A stretch of 64,000 nt of DNA from Paraspadella gotoi (Eukaryota; Animalia; Chaetognatha): NCBI GenBank assembly GCA_051294375.1, contig CM119271.1, positions 4,080,093 through 4,144,092 of the forward strand, read 5' to 3'. The notes under the pieces are model-generated. The model was not told the origin of the DNA. It was given only the letters and a program-made list of their open reading frames with translations, and did not search any database. Below, in pieces: positions 27,801 through 39,589 of the stretch. Both the position numbers and the translations under genes were made by a program. Every line of letters starts with the position of its first letter. Position 1 is the stretch's first letter.

Positions 27801-28567
27801 TATATCATATAAAATGCCAGACCGAGACCTTCATCATTAATCTTTTTAAATTTTATGGTTGCATAGATATACTGTCACGAAATGTTACAAACGAGAAAAA
27901 TCATACTGTAGTCGGGAATAACGATCTTTTACGAATCGATTTAACGAATTACATTACGAAGATTGGATGGAAACGCGAAACTGATCGAAGTTCGAGAAAA
28001 TCGTTTCGAGATAAGTGGTCGTTAGAAAGCGAACTTTACTGTACTTGCGGTCACAAAAGAGGTCCATTCATTCTAGTCGCCATTGTCCTCTGCCAGAAGA
28101 ATCGTTAATGAACGTCCGTTCCCTTTTTTATGTTCCTTTTTTTCTATTTTTTTTTTTCTTCACTTTTTGTTGAGATTTTTTTTATTTATTTTCTTCCTTT
28201 CTCTTTTTTTTTTTTTTTGCTAACTTTCTTTGTCTCTCACATCTCTAACATGTTCATCATTTAGTTTTTATATTTTTTTCTTTTTTTCCTTTTTTCGCTA
28301 ATCGCAAATCAAATTTACCGCGTATACTATTTTAAGTAATACATAGCTCACATCCTCTTTGTCTCTCTTCTCTTTCTCACTCTTCTTTCCCCTCCTCCTC
28401 TTCCACCTTTCTCCAATCCCTACGCGCCGCCTCCAGCCATCGTGATCGGCGTCCTCGCTCTCTTCTTCATCATCGGCGCCGTCTATTTTTCCCTCAAAAA
28501 GGGTCACCGGAAGACGGCGCAGATCACGTCCACGTCGAGGATGAAGCTCAGCGACGTCGCCGAGTAG
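21300..28567 (+). CDS. Type I transmembrane mucin-like protein with SEA-like domain, 4 exons, about 440 aa
   Basis: Exons 21300-22257, 23200-23367, 27138-27207, 28437-28567 (GT-AG, phases 0,0,1). Exon 1 has a net 1-nt frameshift near 21935 in a (ACG)n repeat, probably a sequencing error. Signal peptide MISPFGLFFVCLLTTNLVPSIVA; T/A/E/D-rich tract with N-glycosylation sequons (NAT, NVT); RIVLTMTLTI...AKITAVYCGSISLDLTV (SEA-type GS-hydrophobic motif); GLTEGSIAAIVIGVLALFFIIGAVYFSL transmembrane helix followed by KKGHRK and a 23-aa tail. Confidence 0.82.
26268..26390 (+). repeat. Dispersed structured repeat family D (also 632-816 +, 24255-24311 -, and copies inside the duplicated blocks)
   Basis: Shared cctataagc.tgacac...gctcattggg...aagcgtga..acggc.gtaa.cc.ccttggggg...ctcaagcctggttccaagc, followed by acccgttcc in two copies. 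Confidence 0.75.
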
Positions 28568-31159
28568 AAATCGGCCGGAGTCGGGCCTCCGCTGGAGGGC
28601 GGGGTTGGAGAGCTTTTCCGGAAAAAAAAAAACACGAAACGATAAAACAAAACTGTTCCTCAACCCCCCCCCCAAAAAAAAACACTCAAACCCGATGGAA
28701 GGCCGAAAAAACATCGAAAAATCATAAAACTAAATTTCAACTGATCGACGTTAGGTTTAGTTGAATTTCGAATGAAATTATTGTAAATTGTTTAATGAAA
28801 TTGTTTTGGCATTGAATCCGAGTAATTTTTGTATATGTAGTTGTATGATATTTGCCGAACTAGTCAAAAACATCCACTATGAATTGAAATGCATAATTAA
28901 ATTATACACAATCAAAAATAATCCGGTCGAATTTTTAAAATGTCCTCATTCGGCTCTCGAAATACTTTTTTTTTTTTTTGCTCCACGTTTTTCTCTGTAT
29001 TTTTTAAACCCTGACCGCGAATGTCTAAACATTTAAATTTAAAATAAAATTCGATCTTTCGATCCGCTAAACTCAACGGCTCGTTTATTTATTTATTTAT
29101 TTTTTTTTAGATTCTACAAAAAAATATTGGATCAATTTTAGTTAGAATAGAACTTCAAGGTGCGTCTAACTTTTATTACGGATTTACCTTGGGCGGGGAT
29201 TTCTTTTTTTTTTTTTTTAACTAAAGATCCCTGGATCTGAAAACGCGAGATAAGAGACAAAAAAAAAGAGAGAGAAATTCAAAAGTAAACACTCTCGTGG
29301 CTCAACGCAACTTATGGCCTAATTCAGTTTTGCATATAATTAGTAGAAGCCTTTTCGACGAAGGCTCTGGCGACTCTTGGGGTAATTTTCAGAAGTATTC
29401 GAGGCAACCGTACGATATCTCTTACTCAGATTAGTTCCCCTTGTCACTAATTAAAGCGGCCTCATGTGGTTTTTCAGTGATTGCAGATATGTGAACTACT
29501 TATGGTCTTAAAGATCCGAAATTAACGATTTCATTGATAATGGAGGTTTGTTTTAAATAAAAGTATGAAAGGTCAATTCGATTCAATTCAATTCAACGAA
29601 ATTAATGATGAATATTAAACAAATACAGTTTGGGAACTCAAATGATTTGAACAAAGACGACGACGACGACGACGAACACAACGACGAAGACGACGACGAC
29701 GTCTATATACTTTGTGACCCGTAGTGGTCAGTAAGAATGACCTTGTTATGGCTGACCTTTTCAGTCAATATGAATACGTAGTTGTTGTTGTTGTTATTTT
29801 TACCGTTTTGATTTTTACTCTGTTTTTTGTTATGTTTTCTCTTCTCACAAAAACACGTTTCTAATTTTTTTGGTATTGCACGACGCTCCTTTTGGACATC
29901 CTTTGCAACCTTTTAGACACTTTTGGTCCCTGTTAAACGAAATTAAACAAAATATTTTACCTTTAATTATCCCAACAATATCGAAATCACTTAAAATATG
30001 AGTTTATACAAACTATTGCATAGAAAAATTGCAATTGCAATTGCAATTGAAATTGCACAGCCAAAAACCTCCACACAAAAAGAGAATTTTCTAGTCAATG
30101 ATCATTTGCCATCCGCTTCGGGTCAAAGACGAAGCGCGTTTAACCCTTTACGATCTGTTTAAAACTTAGCATACTGTGAGCCTGATCTGGAATAATTTCA
30201 GACCGTTTACGATTTAGTCGGTGAAAAAAATTATCTGCCATATAGCACACTATCGCAGAGAACGGAGACAAAGGTTCCAATCGAGAAAAAAATCTACAGC
30301 ATTGGAAAAGTCTGAAAAACACGCTATTTTCTTAATTTTTAGTTGCGCCGCGAGTACTCGCGGCGAGTACTTTTTCTGAACTTAATCTTAATTTATTCTT
30401 AACCTTAATTTATCATATTTTACAAATATTAACGAGAAATTATCCATCTCGGTTCCGTTTTGTTCTTCTTTTTTCGCCAATTCATTGAGAAAAACCTTGC
30501 TCTTCCTTTTCCCATATACATCTGGAACGTATTAATCTCCAGGAATGCCTATTTCTCTTTACTCTCCATAAATATTTTGCATTAAATTAACTAAAAGATT
30601 ATTAGTCATTTTAAAATCAAAAAGACTTTATTCAGAGTAAATAAAGGTGACGGTTAGGCGCACCAGGAAGCCTGATTCAATGCTACTGAAACTAAGGGAG
30701 AACTAAAAGTCTATAACAAAGAGACAGTATCAGAGGCAAGACGGTTCCATCGTTCTCGCAAGCCGATTGGTCGATCTCGGCCAATCGGCGTTCGATGATT
30801 CCATTCCATTCTGATCTCCTGCGATATTATTTAGCATAAGAAAAAAATAGCTATTTTTAGCATAATATAGGGAGTAAGGCGGGTTAAATTTGATCCCTTT
30901 TTATCATTAGAAGTTGTTATATAAAATTCATTTGTCTATCATATACTTAATCAATATTTACTATCACTTTTATAACTAGTGAAGCAGAGTATAACATTGA
31001 AGTATTTAAATATTTATAAATGCATAAGCAATAAAAAATCTTTTTGTAAAAATTTTATTTTTTAAGAACAAAGTATAATGCGTTTTTCAATATTTCGATG
31101 ATAAGTGGGTCAAATACAGGAAAAACCCTTAAAAATCATCTTGATTATTATCATACTAT

Positions 31160-31414
31160 GGCAACGGAAGGATAGCCTGTGATACCCGGGGCGCGGGGTA
31201 TCTCACCAACTGGCGTAGGGGCTGCGGACCCTCAGTGACCGCCTCCTGTCACTGGCATGTTTATACCGGCACCGTCACATTTAAGCCAGAACCGGGATAC
31301 CCAGGGATTGAACCCGGGACGCACGGATGGAATGAGATGATTTAGCCTGCTCAGCCATTGAGACGAGGCTGAGGACGGACAGCAGTGAGGCAGCTTTAAG
31401 TCTTGCTGCCACAA
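31160..31414 (-). mobile_element. tRNA-derived SINE-like element, family A'
   Basis: Minus strand: TGGCTGAGCAGG (A box), GGGTTCAATCCC (B box), then ctggcttaaatgtgacggtgccggtataaacatgccagtgacaggaggcggtcactg, clearly similar to 1053-1110. Homologous to 46042-46320. Confidence 0.7.
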
Positions 31415-31832
31415 TACCATAATTTTTATAGTTTTTGATAATTTTAACCAATAAAACATAAAAATTTTGAATTCTTGTAATATTTTTATTTATTTTTTCA
31501 AGCTCTACCCGAATCCGTTTTTAAAAATTCTGATTTTGAAATATAAAATTTTCATGATTTATAGTAATACGATAAACTTTAAATACTTCTATGTTATTAA
31601 CTATACATAATATCTTAATTTTTTTTAAATTTCGTTATCCCACAGGGATGCTTTAACATTATTTATATGACAGAACTCTTAGTTTCTATCTTGTTCCGCC
31701 TTAATAGGGAGCCATCTAGCACATTTCTTTCCTGCTGAGTTTGATTTAGAGACTCGTGCTTCAGACTTCAGAGACTTTTAATCAGACTCGTGCTGCTGCG
31801 CTGCAGACTGCAGGGGTTCAGGGTGCAGCCGC

Positions 31833-31860
31833 GAAACCAAATGAAATTTCTGGGAAATCC
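31833..31860 (+). promoter_or_regulatory. Candidate composite STAT (GAS) / NF-kB / IRF-half-site cluster upstream of Mx A
   Basis: TTCTGGGAA at 31848-31856 matches TTCN3GAA and overlaps GGGAAATCC at 31852-31860; preceded by GAAACCAAATGAAA. About 470 bp upstream of the ATG. Confidence 0.35.
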
Positions 31861-32322
31861 TGAAAATCCAGAAATTCAGATATCGAGACAAAAAAATCGA
31901 AAAAAACGAGAAATCTGAGAAAGGAATCAAAATTAACTGAGGACTTCGTCTGTAACCACGAGATTTCCATTCCTGTTTCCTTATCTAATCTAATATTATT
32001 TCTTTTTTCTATTATAATCCTATTTCTTTATCTAATCTAATCATATTTATTTTTTCTATTTTATTCCCATTTCTATATCTAATCATATTTATTTTTTCTA
32101 TTCTATTCTTATTTCTTTTTCTATTTTTATTCAATTGGAATTTTTTAGCAACGAAATATCTCGCTCTGAAAAAAAAAGGACGGGAAAATTACTGATTATT
32201 TTTATTTTTTCGCTATACTCGTGTTTGATGTAATTTCCCTTTTTTTGACGTTTTCTCGACAGTAATGTTTCTATTCTTTTATGTATTTTAGATAAATCAA
32301 TCTGTAATCATTGATCAACGTA

Positions 32323-35300
32323 ATGTCAAATTTTTACAAAACGGTCCGAGGAGCATGGAGCAGTGCCAATATCGACGAGGCGGAAAACGAGGTAGATTTC
32401 GGCAAAGATAAAGTAAGGTTTTGATCCTTTATTTCCGCGAACTCGCTTATTTTTATATATTATATTATTATATATAATAATAATAATAATATATGACAGG
32501 AGTTCGGGACGCCCGAGCCGTCGCCTCCTCCGTCGGTATCTTCGCCACCAACGCGGTCACGGAGCCCGTCACCCAAAGCGCCCTGCGCGCCGAAGTCCGA
32601 GAGCCCCGCCCTGGCCGCGTCTATTGATACCTGGGTCCGCCCGCTCATCGAAATTGTTGACAAACTGCGGAGTCTCGGGATCGAGAAACACGAGTTAGTA
32701 ATTAGTTACGAATTTGATGAATAATAATTGTTTGAAAATTAAAACAGAATAACGGGTAAAAGGTATAGTTAAATTTTGACTATTTTTTTTGCATAATGAA
32801 AGCAATTTAAGCTAGTATCGTAATTGAGCCAAATTTAACGTATTTTTCAGTATTGCCTTGCCCCGAATCGTCATTACCGGTGATCAAAGTTCGGGCAAGT
32901 CTACCGTCGTCGAAGCTCTGTCGGGCATCGCCCTGCCGAGAGGGATGGGCATGGTGACGCGGGCGCCGCTGGAACTCAGGTCGGATCTGAGGAAACGTGG
33001 GCCGAGAGTGATCCAAAATAGTTACCCTTTTTTACGTTTTAATTTAATTTAATAATGGACACTGGACAGTACTTTCAATAATAATTAAACTTAAGCAACA
33101 TTTTAACGATAGAATGATAAAGATGGACTGCGAGTGGTCGGCTAAACTCTCCTACCGTTTGAACGAAGAAGATATCACCTTCAACATCCTCGATCCGAAA
33201 GATGTCGGCCAAAAGGTAATTTTTTGCCATCAATTTGTTCAGCATCCTTATTGTACATCGCTTTTTTCAATTTTTGTAAGTCACCTTTCAAGTACCAAAA
33301 ATGTTATTAGTGCCTCAGTAACAGTTCAGTTTCAAGCCCTTGGAAAGCGATTTAAATGTATTGGCGCAGCCACTGGTTTAAAAAAATATTTGTTACACAG
33401 CTTTGTAGTCCCAAGATATTTTGCTAGTTTATTTCGTTCGAATAAGATTCTGGATGCGCAAAATGAATTGACGAGCGAGGAGTCCTGCGTATCCGAAAAA
33501 GAGCTCAAGCTGGAGGTTCGCGCCCCGAACGTGCCCGATTTGACCGTGGTCGACCTGCCCGGCATCGTGAGGACCGTCGCTGAGGGGCAAGAGCTCGACA
33601 TCGAGGAAAAGATCAAGAATTTAATCAGGAAGTAAGTCGAATCTTTAAATTACGAAAGTTAAAAAAATTTGTACAATCTGTATAAGAATTATTCCATAAA
33701 CAAGCTATCTTTGCACAGGCTATGGCTTTGGCAATAAATGGTGATTAATAATTGGTTANNNNNNNNNNTATGCCTATGGCTTTAGAAATAAATGGTGATT
33801 AATAATTGGTTATTAGTAAGTTATTGTTTTCTGTCGCGTAAAATTTACTTTTTTTTTTTGGAATTACAGATACATCGAAGCTCCTAACACGATCGATTTG
33901 GTTGTTTGTCCTGCCAATGTAGACCCGGCCGTTAACGAAGCGATCAAACTCGCCAAAGATGTGCGTCGATTTTCTAAGATGTTACATAAAAAAAAGAAAA
34001 AAAAGAAAAACTTGAAAAATGATACTTTCCCCTCGGCCTAGGTTGATCCCACTTTCGAAAGAACTCTTGCAGTAGTGACAAAGCCGGATCTCGTGGACAA
34101 AGGAGCGGAGAATTCTGTCGTTGATCTGGTCAACAACAAGTCACCGGTATTGACACTGAAGAGACAGTAAGAATTGTTATGAGTTAGTGACAAAACAGTT
34201 CGATATGAGCAGTCCCTGAGCTTCGGATCAGACTGTAACACCGTGTTACACTTACAGGCGGGTTAAGCGCCTCGGCTCTCTGAACTGTTAGGTAACCACC
34301 GGACTAGAACTCTGGACCTTCGGGTTGGGAGGCGAATGACTTGCCTCCTGCACCAATGGCCGCTTGGTGGATTTTAGTCCTCCATAACAAGATTATTTCT
34401 AGTATACACACCTACTTGCCTTACTTTTTTACTTAACCAGGTCAAACTTGCCGGTTCGAGCAGTTGGACGATGATTAAAGGAAGGTCGCAGGCCGATTTG
34501 GATAAAGGGATCTCGTTGGCACAAGCAACAGCCCAGGAGGTGAGTGAAGAGTTAGTTGCGTCACACAATCTGTTTTAAATTATAATTAAGATCGGCTTAT
34601 AACGTTTTCAGGCAAGTTTCTTTACGAAACACAAGCAATACAGTCGAATTGAGGAAACGAAACTCGGGGTCAACAATTTGGCCACCAAATTAACATGGAT
34701 TTTGGTGAACAAAATCAAAGACGAGCTGCCCATTTGTCGCCAACAGGTAGTTGTCTAAAAATACACGGATTTCAATTGTGAGTGAAATGAAAAGATAATT
34801 ATAGCGACTTAAATTTTGAACCCTGGGTAAAAAAAATTGCCAACGTTTTTTTTTTTTTACAGTAGTACAGCTTGCTTAGTTTCTTAGTTATTTTCTAATT
34901 AACTAGATAGTTGAAAGTTGAAAAAATTATGCAAATTGAAAAAATTATGCAAGTTAAAAAAATTTTGAACCCTGGTATAAAAAATTGCTAACGTTTTTTT
35001 TATTTTTTAACTCCCAGTAGTACAGCTTGCTTAGTTTCTTAGTTATTTTCTCATTAACACCATGGTCGAATTTCAAAAAAAGAAATTTTTTGTATTTGAA
35101 TAGCATCATTCTGTTGTAGGATATACTTAAATGAAAAAAATAAAATATTAAAAAATTTGGGTTTATCTTACAAATTTAGACATTAAAGTATGTCTCTGAG
35201 CAATCAGAATTTTCAAAAACTTTTTCACTGCCACAATGACAGCCCTTTCCATTTGTTAGTTTTTTCTATTTTTTTCTAGTTAAAATAAAAATTTCAGCTT

Positions 35301-38300
35301 TGGAAAAAAAATGGAAAAGAACATTTATCACTAAACCTTGTAATTAAATAATCAAATAAGAGGGGAAAAGTTGTGCAAAAAAAGCTGCTGGAAAGCAAGC
35401 GCACCAGTTGTTATATATATATATATTTTCATACAATTAAAACATTCTTTGAAATATACCACTTCATTGATAGGGAATCCAGGTACTCTGGGAGTGAATA
35501 AACGAGACTGTTAGGGAGTCGTGATTGAAAGCTTGCTGGGAGCTGCTATATCATTATCTTGTAAGAGTGATGGAGGCCTTAAACCATCAACGCCTGTCCA
35601 AAGTCAGGGGCAAGATAGCTTGTTTATTAAATGAATTTTTATATTGGTTGTACCAATTTAATAGGAACATAAACGTCAGGGAATTTTCTAACTAATGAAA
35701 TGATCAAATATCAATCATATTGAGTTAGTTAACAGGAATATTTATTTAACAAAGCTTTTCATTTCACTGAACGTAGTGTTTTCTTAATTTGATTTCTAAA
35801 TATAATCGAATTTATCTTCTTTTGCAGATAATGGACAGGTTGAATTCGTTGACGACCCAGTTGGAGAAGTTCGGGGAATATCCTTGCAACCTCGAAGATG
35901 TGAACGCGATGATGTTTTATTTCACAAAAACGACGAGAACTTTTGCCAATCATCTTATCTCCCGATGCTTAGGTCATTTTAAAACGGATTTTTACCAAGC
36001 TTTTGAAATCATAATAGGCTTAAAACTTAAATAATAACCAATGGATATTGTTAATTCAATCCAGGCGAAAGTCAGCGCCGTCCGGAAGGTTGCGAGCTAC
36101 TGCGCCAGGCGAGACGCCTGGAAGAGACATTCGCCCAAGGCATCGACGACGCTCGACCGGAAGAAGAGGAGCTGATGATTGAGATTTTGGAGAACATGAA
36201 AAAATTTCGAGGGAGCGAACTACTTCCCTACATCAGCTTCGACGTCTTTATATTCTCCGCGAAGAAGCTGGTCGCGCAGTTCAAGGAGCCCATCGATAAG
36301 TGTCTCGGCAAGGTGACGCTTTTTAAATTTTACTAAGTTCACTTAACCACTTTTGTTCAATACTAATATTAATAATTAGGTCCGAGATTTGATTTTAAAA
36401 GATTTGGCCAACCTCGCTCAAGAGGAGCTCAGCAGTTTTCCCGCGCTGAGAGAAAAAGTCCAAGAGATCATCACTTTTTGCTGCGACGAGGCTTATAAAG
36501 AGTGCAAAACAGACTTGGACAAATATATGAAGAAGGAAATGATACCATACGCCAATGTACGTGCTTAACATTATGCTGAAGCGATGATAAAATCGGGAAT
36601 ATATTTTCGAAAGGAAAAATCGGCATGAAACAATCGAGATCTTGAACGAACTAAAACTCGAAACTTCGCAGAGGGCGAAGAGAGAGAAAAACAAATAATC
36701 ACTGCAATGCTATGGTACTACTGCGTTACAAATTTTCAGTTATATTAATTAGTTATCTATTGATATAATAGGACAATCTTTTCGTACGTGAGATGGAAAC
36801 CTGCGCCGAGGACGACAAAAATGTAGAAGACGAAGCGGTTTCTGATTCTCGATTAGACGGATTTTCCGTTGGTCAATGTAGAGGTAAGACTAAGGTTGTC
36901 TGAGAATCGCCAAGAGTGGTCACTCAAGAAAAACAAAAATCCCACCCCTTTCACTCAAGGAAAACCTAAGAGCAGATTTCATCGAAGATTCATTAGGAGA
37001 ACGTTTAAAGTTCTTCCTAGTGGTAAGACTAGGATCATCTGGGAATCGAAAGAGTGGTCACTCAAGAACAAGAATGGTAATTCCAATATGTTGCGCCGCA
37101 GTGACTTTATTTTTTTGTGTATTTCCCTTTGATCATATGATATGACATGACATAATTAAAAAAATTTTTCGCCCATGTATTTATGACATGCACTGCATCA
37201 AAATTCCATCTTTTAGCAGTCCCTTAGATTTGAGGTTTTTTTCTGTCTTAACAAATGAGCAACCAACTATAGGCAAATTATTTGCATTTTTAACATAAGT
37301 GGGACAGACCAATGGACAGACATACCGACCGAACGACCGACCAAAAAGTGACTTGCGGCGCAACAAAAAACAAAATTCCCACTCCTCCAGGAAAATTTGA
37401 GAGCATGTGGCGAGGCTACTTTGCAGATCCACTGGCCAATCGTTTTGGCCGAAGATTCTTGCCGTGACCTCTCTCTCTCTCACCCTCCCTCTTTCCCTTT
37501 CTGCCCAGTTATATGTTATACCTCTATTCTTGTGTCTGAAAAGGTCTGAATTTTTGCTCTTTTCTAATAAAACCTTTACTCATGTTAGAAATCTACTATG
37601 AAATTAAATTCAATTGGGGCGGGGGTTCAAAACTATATATTGAAGTAAAAAAAATTTTTTAAAAAAGTTCCATTTTAATACTTTTATTGTTGCTATCAAA
37701 ATTAAAATATTACTATATAATGATAAATTTTTTTTTAATCAATCTTAACTTTTTTTGATGGATTCTGATAAAGCATAAAAAGTTAAATAAAAAATATAAC
37801 TACAACTTTCAAAAATTTTGATGTTTTTTTGGTCAAAATTAAGAAAAAGTAATAAAATTATTGAAAGATGATGATGATTATAAATAGTTTTTCATATGTT
37901 TCACCCACTTATGATCAAAATATCGAAAAAAGAATTATACTTTGTGTAGACAACTTTTTGCAAGCTACCTGAATCTTATCTTAAAAATAAAAAAATCCTA
38001 AAAATTGTTTTAGCCTTTCCTATTTATAAATAAATATTAAAAAAATATATTGAGTATGGAGTATTATTAATTTTTTTGTCTATTCACATTTTTTTAAAAA
38101 TGTCTAAATTTTCGTTTGAGCAGGTGTTTAATTCAAATTTCTTCACCACCTTACTGAGTTAGGCTCTCCTTAAGGCGGGCCAAAATTTAACATTTTTTAC
38201 AATATGAAAAAGTCTGCAATAAAAGTTTTTTGTCCTTTTACAACCAAATTGATTTATGATATTAGATTTTGATTAAATTAATTTTCCTCATGCATGGAAG

Positions 38301-39405
38301 CATTTTAATATTTAACAATATATATGAAATCCTTCAAAAATTTTTAAAAATAGATTCTGATAAAGATTAAAAAGTTAGATAATGGTTAGTACTACAAATT
38401 TCAAAAATTTTAATGAAATGGGCTAAAATTTGAAAAACTTTAAAAAATCATCATCATCATCATTCATTAAATTTTATAGTTTTTATTAATTTTCATAAAT
38501 AAAAAACATTATTATTAATAACCTTCATCTAACTTTTCAAGCACTATCCGATTCCGTTAAAAAAAATTAAAATTTATTAAAAATTTTTTTTCACATTATA
38601 TATTCGTATCGTAGTAATCGGATAATATAAAATAGCTTCCATGCGTTTAGCTATGAAATAAATCTTAATTTTTTAGATTTTCACGATCCTTAATAAACAC
38701 ATTAACAATATTTATACCGGACTTCTGTTAGTTTGTAAACTGTTCCGCCTTACTATTCATGTTGCCATCAATATTTTCAGTTTCTTCTATCCAACACGGA
38801 ACTATTCCCATCGCGGTACTACCTGCACCTGTCTCTCCTTCTCAAAGATCCATCAGGACAAAGTTCAAGGTTCTTTCGCCAGACTTGAACCAGTGGCGGA
38901 TCCACGAGGCCGGACAGCACTATAAAAATATCATGACCTACTACAAAATGGCCAAAAGACGCCTCATGGAATACGTTCCAATGGAGATCAACTACACGAT
39001 GTTGATTTGTTTGAGCGAAAACATCGATCAAAAAGTTAGTTTTTCTCGTCAAATGTAAAATTGTTTAATGTGTTTTTATTATTATTGTAAGGAGATGGTG
39101 TTATAAACTCCAAATAAGTTATATCCTCTGCAAATAGTATTTTGTTATCATCTAAAAAAGTAAACAAACTAGATGCCGTAACTACTGTAATAAAATCAAC
39201 AAACACGCAGGTAATGGCGATGGCAATTTCCGCGGATCCTGCGGAGCGTCGGTCGCTGATGTGCGCTCCCAAACTGGACGCGTATCGCACCAAGCTGATG
39301 AAGATGATAGCCAATCTGAAGAATTGCCTGCAAGAGTTGAATCGCCTCCTCAACGACAAGATGCTGACCAACCTCAGCTTCGAGGAGTTGAGAATTGAAG
39401 ATTGA
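32323..39405 (+). CDS. Mx: Mx-like (myxovirus-resistance) dynamin-family large GTPase, paralog A; complete, 15 coding exons, 753 aa
   Basis: Exons 32323-32412, 32500-32693, 32851-32979, 33113-33215, 33447-33631, 33870-33960, 34042-34146, 34441-34539, 34612-34746, 35828-35972, 36065-36312, 36380-36556, 36772-36883, 38781-39034, 39211-39405. All introns are GT-AG with compatible phases; total 2262 nt, no internal stop. Motifs: [38 protein letters not shown] (BSE helix + G1), [15 protein letters not shown] (G2), [12 protein letters not shown] (G3), [15 protein letters not shown] (G4), FRGSELLPY (stalk L2), [17 protein letters not shown] (GED). No PH or C-terminal proline-rich domain, and TKPD rather than TKLD, favour Mx over dynamin/Drp1. 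Confidence 0.92.
34155..34392 (-). mobile_element. tRNA-derived (tRNA-Gly-CCC-like) SINE-like element, family B, filling most of Mx A intron 7
   Basis: Minus strand ggactaaaatccaccaagcggccattggtgcaggaggcaagtcattcgcctcccaacccgaaggtccagagttctagtcc. Homologous to 40277-40519 and 40826-41030. Confidence 0.7.
35465..35657 (+). repeat. Dispersed repeat family C (also 23534-23631 plus 24133-24217, split by an AT-rich insertion, and 44048-44153)
   Basis: Shared cattgatagggaa..ccaggtactctgggagtgaataaac and cttaaaccatcaa.gcctgtccaaagtcaggggcaagatagc...atattggttgtaccaa. Confidence 0.8.
37067..37370 (+). mobile_element. Second HINE/DINE-1-like family (also 25286-25584, 15554-15846; 3' end on minus strand at 30335-30376)
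   Basis: AACAAG head, subterminal inverted repeat gttgcgccgca / tgcggcgcaac, (GACC/GACA)n microsatellite, A-run end. Confidence 0.65.
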
Positions 39406-39583
39406 GATAAAACTGAAAAGCCAAACGTTGGAGCCACTTCTCTTAGATGTTAGTTTTACTGTTTCTTATTCACGTTCTTTTATCACCCTGTTTTATCTAC
39501 TTCGTTAGGTAAATGGATTTTTCATCCATTAATTCACGTTTAGTTTTAAAAAAGTTACAAATTTCGTGTTTTTTTTTTTCTTA

Positions 39584-39589
39584 AATAAA
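39584..39589 (+). terminator. Probable polyadenylation signal of Mx A
   Basis: The only AATAAA on the plus strand between the two Mx stop codons, 179 nt after the stop, followed by T-rich sequence. Confidence 0.5.

Noticed and set aside
27969-27983. ISRE-like GAAACGCGAAACTG
   Set aside because: Spacing is 3 nt, it lies in a mucin intron within repeat-like sequence, and it is over 4 kb from the Mx A start.
36884-37068. Duplicated 5' splice-site block (gtaagacta...gagtggtcactcaagaa twice) as alternative L4 splicing
   Set aside because: Extending to the second donor introduces a TGA, and the candidate cassette exons (26 and 47 nt) are not frame-preserving.
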